From: Sphacelaria rigidula
Lineage: Eukaryota
DNA length: 32,011 bases
Assembly: GCA_964200075.2 (NCBI GenBank)
Contig: CAXNAA020000042.1
Coordinates: forward strand, 1 to 32,011
Direction: 5' to 3'
The notes under the pieces: generated by a model
Databases searched by the model: none
What the model was told of the DNA's origin: nothing
What the model saw: the letters and a program-made list of their open reading frames with translations, nothing else
Program-made: the position numbers and the translations under genes
In this document: positions 12,901-24,116 of the stretch, in pieces
How positions within the stretch are numbered: position 1 is the first letter of the stretch
Layout of the letters: every line of letters begins with the position of its first letter

Positions 12901-15900
12901 ATTACACCACTTTGAAATCAAGTTATTCGTGTTACCATCCCAAAGCAAAGCAGTTCATATTGCACGGTGACAAAGCTACAGTCAACCATGTCACAATGAT
13001 ATATATCATATTCCTCCCCATAATACACCATGTCCAGTGGACGTTTGGGGCCTGATGATCCATGAGCAAACGATCGTGCACAACGTTGTTTGTACAGTAC
13101 CTGAAGAAAGCCACCCATTTGTTGCTCGCTAATGGACGCAAAATTCTGGAGAGTCAAGCCGTGCGGGGCAAGCGCATCCACCACCTGCTGTACCCTGGCG
13201 CCAGCCTACACGCGAGGCGGTCGCACGAGCAGACAGTAACGGCGTTTGAAGTCATACAAAGCTTTGTTCTCGCCGCATAAATTGTCATTGTCAGCACCAC
13301 CGCCTCACTGAACTTGGAAGATGCGATGTTTGACTGGTTAGATGTCCCTCACTGTTTCACGCCTACACCGCCAGACGTGGGGCATGTGAACACTAACTTA
13401 CGTAAACTCTAGTGTCGATTACGATAGTACTATCCGCCTAGATCCCAAAGGCCGGCCAGCGTCGTCCCTAGGCCTGGATGCACGGTCATAGGGTCACTTC
13501 ATCCCAAGCTTACTCAACTACTGTCGATTTATTCACGTGCTCAAGTTCGCGGCTACGTCTCGCTCTCTCTCACCTCTACGGTGACGGTACCTCGCGCCTT
13601 GTCCACCTCAAGAATTCGATCGCACTGACCTAGGGAAAGCATGGTGCCCTCACTCAGCCCACAGCCATTCGGGGATAGCGCGCTACCTACCACCCGTACG
13701 CTCTCGCCAGCCTCGTGAGCGTCTCTAATTATACGCTCCACCTGAAATCAACAACGATAACCGCACATTACGTATATGGTGAAAGTTCATTTTCCTCTAC
13801 GGACATCCTTGTCGTGGTGGGAGCTCTTCTCTTTTATGTATAATAGTAGTATCCTGTAATGAGGTTACGGTGCTGTTATGGTAAGCACGGGCTCGCTAGA
13901 CAAGGCAAGGGTCCAGTCCGCAGACTGAACAGCCAGGTAGGACAACAGCAACCGACTCACACAAGACGAGTTCGGCAAATACCAAATACCTCAGAATGAT
14001 CTCACACGCAGGTTGTATCTTCTTTATTATTTGGTTTCGACCTTCCAGGATCCACTCAATCAATCCAATCTCACGCTCAGTAAATCATTCTTACCATGGT
14101 AGACTTCTCGCTGAGAGAGAGCAGTAGATGGTAGTGTCAGAGGGTGGGGTTTCGTTCGTGCGAGGACAAACGAAGCCGACATCATCTCTGCAATATACAA
14201 GTTCACACTAGTACCTGACCAACTCTGAGCAGACCTGCAGTCTTAGATCCTAGAATACCCTAGATGCAAATAGCCGGACTCATCAACGGATCTGAAGCGG
14301 CATGGCAACAGGCTAACATGCGTCTTCATGACACTAACCCACCCAGACGAACCTTTATTACAGCTGCGAGGATTTATCCTCAAAGCAGCGGAAACCAAGG
14401 TTTTTTCTTTACCCGTAAAGAGCGGCTAATAAAGCATACCTAAGGAAAATAATTCCGTACCCAACAGTCCCGTACCCACTCCCACACCTCAAACGAAGGG
14501 AAGCATAGACTGCTTCGAGGAGCAGAAAAACTGCTCCGAAACGCGGGAGCATAAACTCCTTGTGCGTGCTAGCGATCAACGAAGAAGCATAGATTTCTTC
14601 GGCGTCCTAGCAAAAATTAAGGGGGGGAAACAGGGAGGTACAACAGGGAGCAGAGCTCTAACCTGGGGTAATCTAAAGGTACAACAGGGAGCAGAGCTTC
14701 AACCTGGGGGAATCCAAAGGTACAACAGGGAGCAGAGCTTCTACCTTGAGGAATCCAAAGGTGCAAAAATTGCAAGATCAGGAATCTGAAAATCGGTGAT
14801 CCAGCGAGATCGAGCGCCAGCCGCAAGGGGATATCATAGCTCCAGCAGTCGTAGATGTTGGTCGTCTTCAGTAATTCTTCGATCGTCGTCCGATGTAGGT
14901 CGCGCTATTGTGATGTCGTAGAAGAGGGTCGTGGTGGAGAAGGGAGGGCAAACAATGCTACAGAAAGGGCGTACTCATTTGTTGCTTGCCTTCGTCATTT
15001 GACCATTGACCACGCATCCCTTTCGAGACGGAGCACGATGAGTATGAGAAGGAATCCCAGATCGCTCCGAGATTTGAACCCGCGATCCAACCGTCAGGAG
15101 GTTTCGAAGCATGAAAAATAAAAAGTCGTGTTCGTGAAGCTTTAATTCTTCGCGTACCTTCGAAACCAAGTAAAGCCAAGTGATATTCGTGGGGTTCGGC
15201 AATACATTACACATCACACTTCCACGACGAGAACAAGACCAGACAAATACCAAAATGCTCTGCAATGCTTGCTCAATCAAGCTACAGAAAGGGAGGGGGG
15301 CAACAGTCGCGACGAAGGAGCGTGGTTCAAAGCGGGGCGTGGACGTCGTGGGTGTGGTCGATGTTGCGCTGAAGACCACGGCGAAGTCCTTTGGACTCAA
15401 GGCGCTGGAGGCACCAGGATCCGCATGGTGCAGATGAGCTGGTGGTGTATAGTGCTGGCCGGAGCTCGAGCTGTTTGGGTCCAGGGTCATCGATGAAGCG
15501 CACGATATATGTGTCGGCCGAAACCAGGTTAGCGGAGTGGGTCTGATCCAACCACCAGAGATCGTCGCTGCCTTCGAACCAAAAGTAGCTGCCCTTGGGT
15601 AGTATTCGCTGGTTTGCGAAGAACTTCGTCTTATAAGTCTTGGTGGGTACAAGGTTCGTAACCATCAGCGACGAAGCGTAGTCCCTGATCGCGGTGAAGT
15701 TCGCGGGCTGCTGCGCCACGACGCATGTTGCGATATTTCTCGTTGTGAGCAAGATGCTGATGTTGGGATTGCGTCCAATGTAGGAGGATTGCACCGCGGT
15801 GCAATTGAAGGTGGGATTCGCGTTCCCAAGACGCTCTCCGGAGACCGTGCCAGTGTATCTTATACACGACAGCGATTCTGCCACCTCGACCACGGGTTAT

Positions 15901-18900
15901 CTGGTGGCCGGAGATGGTGGACACGGTCAATCAAAGAGGCTCTTCCGTCATGTCGTCGGTTGTAACGTGGTAGGTCGGGGACTTGGTCGAGTAGCTGTTG
16001 AGAACATACTATGTGAGTCCGGCAGGCAGGTACTTGGGCATGTCACTTGTATCATGCGAGTTCGTGCAGGGTTTGCACCTGTGCACGGAGACGCGGGGTT
16101 TGGTGTCCTTGCCCCGGAAGTCGCGAGGCAAGTCGAGATAGAGCAGTTTATCACCAACGGCTTTATCATTCGGTGATGATGACGATGGTCCGACTGTCAG
16201 GATCTTGAATGGTCCTGTGCAATCGAGGGACAATTTTATCTTCAAAATTGTTTCGTTGGCTGCCTTGCTGGTGCCTTGGTGGGTGGTCGACAAACTGTTG
16301 TAGATCCAAACCCAATCACCAACTTTCCAGTTGGGGCGTTTGTGCATGAGGTTGTAGAGAGTAGTGTTAGATTTCTCCAGGCGCGAGGCGTTGATAGCGT
16401 GTTGTTCGCGCACGAAGGTAAACGCTTTGCGTTGTCGTGCATGCGCCAGCTCGTGGTAGGATATCTGGTCCTGATCCAATCCTTGGTGGCCGTCGAAGGT
16501 GTGTCGCTCAAAGACGGTGATGGGCAGCCGAGGGTAATGTCCAAGATGGAGTTCGCTCGGAGAAAGGCCTGTGGCGGCCTTAACCGAGTTGTTGTAGGAC
16601 AACATGATGTGCGAGATATGTAGGTCCCAGTCGTTTTGGCGGTCATTGATGATGTGATGAACTCTTTCGGTACCACCGTTATCGTTCGGATGGTCGGTGC
16701 TCGTGGCAATTTTGCGGATGCCCAGGAGCTTGTAAAGCACACCAGAGAGATCTGAGCAAAAGAACTGACCATTGTCTGAAAGGCGTCGCTTTGGGCAACC
16801 GTAGTGCTTAATGTAGTCGTCGACCAATATGTCGGCCGCTCCGGCGGCAGTGAAATCTGCAGCGGTTACCACGTACATGGACGCGTGGCGGCTGAAGCGG
16901 TCAGTGAAAAGTAAGATGTAGGTGTTGCCGCGACCTTTGGTCGGTAGAGGGCCAACTTCAAGGTGGCCTGGCTCGTTGGGGAGTCCCATAGAGATGACGG
17001 GCCACCGTACTGTCTGCCATGAAGTCTTTCGGGCTTGGCATTCGAAGCATCGCCGAATCCAGAAGCGGGTGAAAAATTCCATGCCAACCCACCAGTAGAA
17101 GCGTTCCATGAGTGTTAGCGTGCGGGTGACGCCAAGTGACATGACAAGTCTGTGTGGCAGCCTTTCATGACCCAGGGGCGCATTAAAATGGGACATATAT
17201 GCGCGTTGTTTCGTCGTCGAGTAGTCGTGCGTGGCGTCCCGTGGTTGAGACGGAAATTGTGCCTGTCAAACGCGTGGGGCGACGCACGAGTACTTGCACA
17301 CCTTCTTCCGAAAAGGGTGCCTTTACGCACGAGCTCGTATACGTCAGAAATAACTGGTGATGGCAGTGTGCCAACCAGGGCCAGAAGGGCGGATGGAAAA
17401 GGGACTGGACAGTCGAGTTGTAAGTACCGGATGGCTGCGCGACATAGCGGTTCCGCGTTTTGTTCGCGAGCCCAATCGCGGTGAGAGTAGCTGGCGAGAA
17501 ACTCGTGTAGTTGACCATCCGCTGGCGAGCCGACCGAACATGGTGAGGCAGGCGGCGGGGGAATAGGCGACGGGGTAGAAATGTCGACGTCAATATCTGT
17601 CCCGGGAGCAGGAGCTAAGCCGTCAGCTCCGTGCTCGCGAGCGGTAGATGTTGGCGGCGCCGTCATGGGCGGCGGGGCTGTATCAGTGCGCGGCAAAGAT
17701 TGTCCGTGGCGCGTGGTGCACGTTGCAGAAGTTTTCGCGGAGCGCTGTGAGTTGGTCCGTGGAACTTGTGCTGCGTGGCTCGTGGAATTTGCAGGTGTTA
17801 TCGGTGGCGGCCGGGCACTCGAGGTGGTGCGGGCGGCAGACCGGGAGCGAGTGTTGTCGGAGATTAGGTGGGTGATTGGAGGTGTCTCCGCGAAGAGCTT
17901 CGCGCGAGTACCGAAAGTGCGGGAATCGACAAAATCGGGGGTAGTGGGCTTTAACCCACCCAAGACGGCATCATATGGTAGAGGGCGAGGTCCTCCCATA
18001 TGCATACCAGTTTCCGGGCACTGCAGGTTGAGGGCGTGAACGGGCGTTGAAAAACGTCTAATCGCGTAAATTCAAGGTTCATCGGATTCCAAAGGTCCCT
18101 CCAGGTCCTATTAGGCTTCATTTTCCCGTATTTCCGGATACAAGCTTCGCCGTTGCACTTAGCATTTCTTGGTGTCACGCTCCTTTGATTAGAGCCCGAC
18201 GACTAGACACACTGCTCCTACCTTTTTGAGCACACAAGTTGCGTACGATTATCATGTCACACAGACATAACGCTGCCTCTTCCCCTCAATTGAGAAACCA
18301 ATCGCTTCGTCGGACACGAAGTAAAACCCCTGGCGGTTCGAAATCTTTTGATATGAGTGTCGCGTCACCTTCAACTATTCGCCGCACGTACGCGAGCGCT
18401 GTTCGATCTTCGGGATCTGGAGACCAACCTTCGAGCGATGCTCGTTCTTCGGGGCTTGACGACAAGACTATGACGCCGCGACCTGTTCTCTCACGTACCG
18501 ATTCGGACTCAGAGAACAGGCTTGTGCCACCGGCCGAGTCATTGGCTCCTGACAGACATGTCAGCGAACCCATAACGGTGGATCCCGTAGCACTCCCCTC
18601 GCTGCGGCCTGTTCTTCCGAATCCCGATGTGGAATCCGAAGTCAGGATTGTGCCCCCAGCCGAGTCGATGCCCCTGGACACACGCGCCCAGCTTGGCCCT
18701 GTAACGGTTGCTTCAACCGTGGCACCCCGTCGAACGACGATTGACAAATCTCGAGACGACTCAGTCCCGACAAAGCGTATCGCTTCTGGAGCAAGAGATT
18801 TTGTCACGCGGGCTTCTTCCGTTACGGACCCCCATCGCACGACTCTCGGCAGTCCCATGCGCCCTGCTGCGCAGTCCAATGTCGGACCAGCAGTCGCGGC

Positions 18901-21900
18901 CATGCATTCTGCCCTGCAGAATATGCATGACACTTCATCGGCGTCGGCGCACACGCCAGTCTCAGCTCTAATCGAGGCATTTTCGGCTTATGCCAGGCCA
19001 CGCTCCAAGACCAATGGACGTCTGCTCACGTCTGCTCACGTGCAATTCAACGATGATTCTGCACCCGCCACGCCCAAACCCGCACGTTTGGCGCCCCGAT
19101 CGGCGACATCGCGCCCTCCGTTCGTCTCTCATGAAAAAATCAACCAACACGAGTCTAGCCCCTCCTCCACTTCAAACCAAAGTCTTGCTCGCGCTCCTGA
19201 ACGGCGCCGCACACCGACAGTTGGTCACGACCACGTCACACGTGCTGGCAGTTCCAAGGACAACTCCCAGCACAGCTTGAATTCATCGCGCGTTTTCGCA
19301 CGCCCGAAGAATGTCGCTCATGGTCGCATATATGACGGTAGTTCACGACACAGTTCTAATTCATCGCGCGCTCCGAAGCGCTCGGTGAATGTCGACCGTG
19401 ACCGTACTCACGATGATGATTCGCGGCACAGATCAAGTTCGTCGCGCGTTCACTCGCGCTCGAAGAACACCGATCATGCAACCGCGCGCACCCCTCCTAC
19501 TCCGCATCCTTCACGCCGCCATCATTTACGCAATGATAATACTGTACATGCTGCCGACATCCAGAATGTATTTTCGGACATGTCACCGGCTCTTGAATCC
19601 TCAATTGGGGGATCCAGCCGTACTTCATCACATGACCGACGACCCCGCAATGACCGCGACCCGCCGCCCCGCTCTGATGCTGCGATTATCCGTTCCCTTC
19701 AACAACGATTGACAGATCTCGAGCGAGAACTAGCAAAGTCAACAATGGAGAACAAGAGAACCACCGCCGCTGCCGCCAAGATCACGGTGCAGAACACAGG
19801 CGTTATTGCAGCTGCTGCTGCCGCCACAACTGCCGCTGCCGCCGCTGCTACCTTGGCCGCTGCGCGTCCCGCCACGCCAACTACAGTCACGGCTCCAACA
19901 ACCGTTGCAGCCCCGTCTACCGTCGATACCGACGCAGATAGTGATCCAACCCCTGGCCCAGTCACGGATGCCCCCGTGCGCTCGCCCCCGTCTGTGGAGG
20001 ATCGGAGGATCTCCGTCCGCTCGGCGACGAGCATTGCCCCACTGGCCTCCTCTTGAGGCTGTTCCGGAACCGCCCCCGCGCGGAGCAGCTGATGCTCATT
20101 GAGGATTACGCCTCACAAGCCCCAGCACTTGCAAAAGATATCCTCGACCAACAACGAGAAGCTGACGCTGCCGCTGTCCACCTCCTTGTGGAGGAACACG
20201 CAGATAGGCAAAAGGATCCCCAGCGGCAGGCTTCCCACGCTGAATCCACGAATACGGCTGCCCAATGCGCGCTCCAGGAAGGTCGTACTGCTGCCATGGC
20301 GGCTCAGAGACGGGTGCGGGGCCTGGAAGATCACATCCGACGGACTGCTCACGAAGCGGCTACGTCGGTGGCGCGCTTGACCAACCATCAGGCCTCTCCG
20401 CCGTCCACCGGCAACCTGCTCAGTGCTCACCCTCCTCGCCAGCCTTCGGCCCAAACGGCCCAGCCCCAGACCGGTCAGTCATCTTACACTATCCCACGTA
20501 AGTCTGACCAACAGTCGTATGCTGCGCACGTGCGATAGTTATGTGCGCGTCGCATCTCTTCTAGATCTAAGCTGTCGACATAACGACATCAGTCAGTCAT
20601 CTCACAGAGAGCGACCTGGAGTTGGTGGGGTGGCCCGGAGATATACCCCACTACGATAAAACAACCTGGCAACAATTTGAGGGCGTGACAACTTCGCTTA
20701 CGGAGGTAAAACAGTAAACATTCCACCGTATTTATCTAGATTTGGCGGAACAAACGGCCGCCCACAAAAACGTTTGAACCACAGGAGAAAAGGTACCGCG
20801 TTCTTCTTTCGCGCCCTGTACGGACATTTGACAGTTTTACAAGCCACGAACCAGCATCAGCCATATCATACAGCGCAGCGAGGAGGAGGTGGGATAGCCT
20901 AAGGTGTCTTACAGCCGAAGATGCGGTACACAGCAATGGTCAAGGCAGTGTACGAATTCATGGGTAAGACCAAGATGGTGCTGTTTTCAAGCTATCTTGT
21001 ACAAAATATATATATCCTATGCAGATCCTTTACTTCGAAAATAGGATACTCGTGCTTCTTCTGCTTTGAAACACCGACGCCTTTCGGCGAACCACATGTA
21101 CTGGTACGAATTTTGAGCCTTTTTCATGTTGACAATAGTGTGTTCGTGCTTGCTCCAGTGTGAGGACGCCCAAGGGCAGGCATCATGGATCTCAGCAACA
21201 ACGAGGATCCCCGCATGGCTTCGTATATCCTGCTCTCTGTGATGTAGTGTGAGTACTCGTGCAATCAAGACTTCGATTATCCATCAGAAATGAAGCGCTT
21301 TCAAGAGCTCCAGAAGTCATACATCTACACCAACATCGCAAATGCTGGTACATGGAATTCTTACTCGCGCATAGTCACTAGAACACGTGCTGATACTATC
21401 GCCACTCCCCAGCCTGAACATCACCGAAATTTGAGTTTGAACCCCTTCCTCATTTTGCTCTCGTTGTTGCGACGACTGTTATTGTCGGACCACCCCCATC
21501 GCGTGTGCTAACGGTGTTGCCGTGTCGAAAAAGAGGGAACGATGACCGCCCACAGCAGGGTGCTCGATGCAGACGAGAAGGGACAACCGCGTGCGCGCAC
21601 ACTCCAGGAACAAACGTACACTGTTTCTTCTTGTTGAAATGCGGTACAACAAAGGCTCCATAGCGTACATCCGTCTCACCTCTTGTGTGGACTCCGGCTG
21701 CAAGTATGCCTTGGTCTTGACAGAGTGTGTTGACGACCAATTTTCAATCTCAACCTCGGAGGTACCATCTTCCGCGGCCTGTCCAAAACAAGACGGGAGG
21801 AGACTTTTTTTTTCGACAACACGGCGCAAGCACAAAACGCGACATGAGCTCGTACAAAGATCGATGGATGCTGGTGGACTTACACACAGCTAGCAGCCTC

Positions 21901-24067
21901 AGCTGCAGCATGCAGTTAAAACCGTTAGGATATTCTCGAAGATCCCAGCGTACATTAGAACCCAGCGGTTTTACGTGATATCCGGGCGGGATTCAAACCA
22001 TAAGTACAGTGCAGCATCGGCTGTCATTTTCAAAACTGTCGCCGGAGTAAGCGGGCAAATGCTGCGCTTGAATTTAGTGTCACTCTTGTCGCCACTCATC
22101 CGGAAGCAAGCACTGTAGGGTCAACCAACTCGACGAAGCATGAACTCGCACAGATGATGGGTACACGACTGCACGTTACCCTTGAAGTTAATTTGCGTCT
22201 TACCTACACAGCGCAAGGGAAGATGTTTCAGGATGTGCTGTGTGAGTAGAGCTATCGTCAACTCTCTGTGGGGTGTTTTGGCATAGTAGGTGCAGTGCTG
22301 CCGCCGTGCCCCGATGGTCTAACCTACCGGGGTATACTGTATACTGCATACTGTATCCCGGAGCCGGTTAGGGAAGAGTAGGGTGTTCGATTCCTAGCAG
22401 TAATTTTGTTTCTCGGGAGCGCAGTATCTGATTTGCGCTGGAGAAATTGTGAGGACGTTGAGTAGCATAAATAGGTCGTCGCTGTTGTTCTTAGACGAGA
22501 GTCGACGCGGTGCGGGAGAGCTCATGGTCATGATCCAATTGAAATACCAAAACGTAAGGCGTGCACCGGGAGAGAGATGGGTTGATCCCTCCCTTGAGAC
22601 TCGAGACTGAGGACTCGTTCCGAGAAAGACGAGCAGTCGGAAGTGTGGCGGAGAAAAAAGAGTGTGGGCGAAACGAACACTAAGGCTGGCATGACAAGCA
22701 CGGCGAATTCGCCGCACACGGATCTTGCTGGCGACTGTAGCTCTTGGGGTCTTGTGGCACACTTGCGGTTTGCACTGTTGCTGAATCCCAGACGTGATGC
22801 AGTCATCAGGTAGGTCGCTTGTAAACTGTAGCATGGTGTCGACAAGCCTTTTTTTTTTTTCGTGTTTGAATCTAAGCATGGCACTGTACGGTGATTGTTA
22901 CGGGCTGTACCGAGGCCAAATAAGGTACGCTGTGACGCCACAGTATTCACACCATTGTCCAATATACTTGGCGTTAATTGATCCGATTCGCGACGTGCAA
23001 TACATGTACTGCATGTCGGCAAACCTTTTGCAACGGACCGCCCATGATCCGTTGAGGGCGTGCATTCCTCTGGTGTTTCATTAAAACAACGTGGCGCTTT
23101 CGTATAGATAGAGGGCTGTGCATTTGATTACAGCATCAACAGCATAGCGGTATCAAGAACGGAAACGCCTAGGTTCGATCTGTACTCAAGTTCAAGTCAA
23201 AATACAAGATTTGGCAAATATCGGGCGCCTTTTCTGAGTTTTCAACCATTTTTCACGCCCATGGGCACGATCTCTCCGTATCTCCGCGGGAATAAGCGGA
23301 CTCTGATTTGGTTCAAGAGAGCGCTGTACCCACTATTGAAATGGTTGTTACGTATCACATTACATCTCAAGGAGGATATGCGGAATTTGAGGTTTACACC
23401 GCGTAAGGCGTGATTCGTTTGGACTTGACACAGTGCGCTGTGCTGCCATTTTCTGATCAATTTATCGGACATTAGCTGATACTCTGGAAATGCAGCCGTT
23501 GTCCCAGGATAGGAGTACTGAAGGGAAATAAAAAAGGCGAACACTTGCTAATGCAGAGGAGGCTCGACAAAGGGAGGACATGAAGAAAGAGGGCGAGTGC
23601 AAACAGAGTGAATTGAAAAAGCGAGAAACAGAACAAAACTTGAAAGAAAAGGAAACGAAATAAATAGAAGAGGAGGGGAAAAAGAAAAGAAGGGGAAGTA
23701 GAAAGGCGCGAAGATACGTCTTGTACCGGTCCCGCCAAGAACAAAAAAGAATGACCGACCCCCGCGTGATGGCTGCAAATAAGGAGGCCGTGCAAGGTAA
23801 AGCAAAAAACGAAAAAATGGGGCCGATACGCATGTACAAAATATATAGGCCGGGCGTTAATAGTCATGCACTGGCCTTTCCAGAGACAAGACTCGAAAAA
23901 AGTAGAAGCCAGCATATCAAAATTTTCCCTCTGATTATCTCACATTAGCTGATTGCAAAAATCCAGCCCGTGGTCAGGAGAAGCAAGAAAAAAACAGAGT
24001 AAGAAAGGAGGAAAGAAACAGAAAAAGACAGAAGCAACAGCCACAGAAAGGAAAGAAGAAATGAAGC

Positions 24068-24116
<49 letters not shown>

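Larger units (their letters stand above)
13855..18040 (-). mobile_element. 5'-truncated, degenerate Ty3/gypsy chromovirus-like LTR retrotransposon in a GLDH intron
   Basis: Integrase, chromodomain, PPT and one LTR in the expected order on the minus strand; RT, RNase H, gag and the 5' LTR are absent. Confidence 0.9.

Noticed and set aside
14612-14632. Plus-strand PPT (AAAAATTAAGGGGGGGAAA)
   Set aside because: It is on the wrong strand for the minus-strand pol and is not followed by a TG LTR start.
14637-14759. CRISPR-like 41-bp periodicity
   Set aside because: The variable halves are near-identical, so this is a simple tandem repeat in a retrotransposon UTR.
15060-15110. tRNA gene
   Set aside because: Only a B-box/T-arm-like part is present, with no cloverleaf; it is better explained as a SINE head.
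17152-20034. Antisense ORFs overlapping pol and the long plus-strand ORF
   Set aside because: They are shadow frames of GC-rich coding sequence.
22204-22532. Alternative GLDH 5' exons (MTMSSPAPRRLSS...; LDHRGTAAALHLL...)
   Set aside because: The first has no good donor before its stop. The second ends in phase 2, incompatible with the phase-0 exon at 21778.
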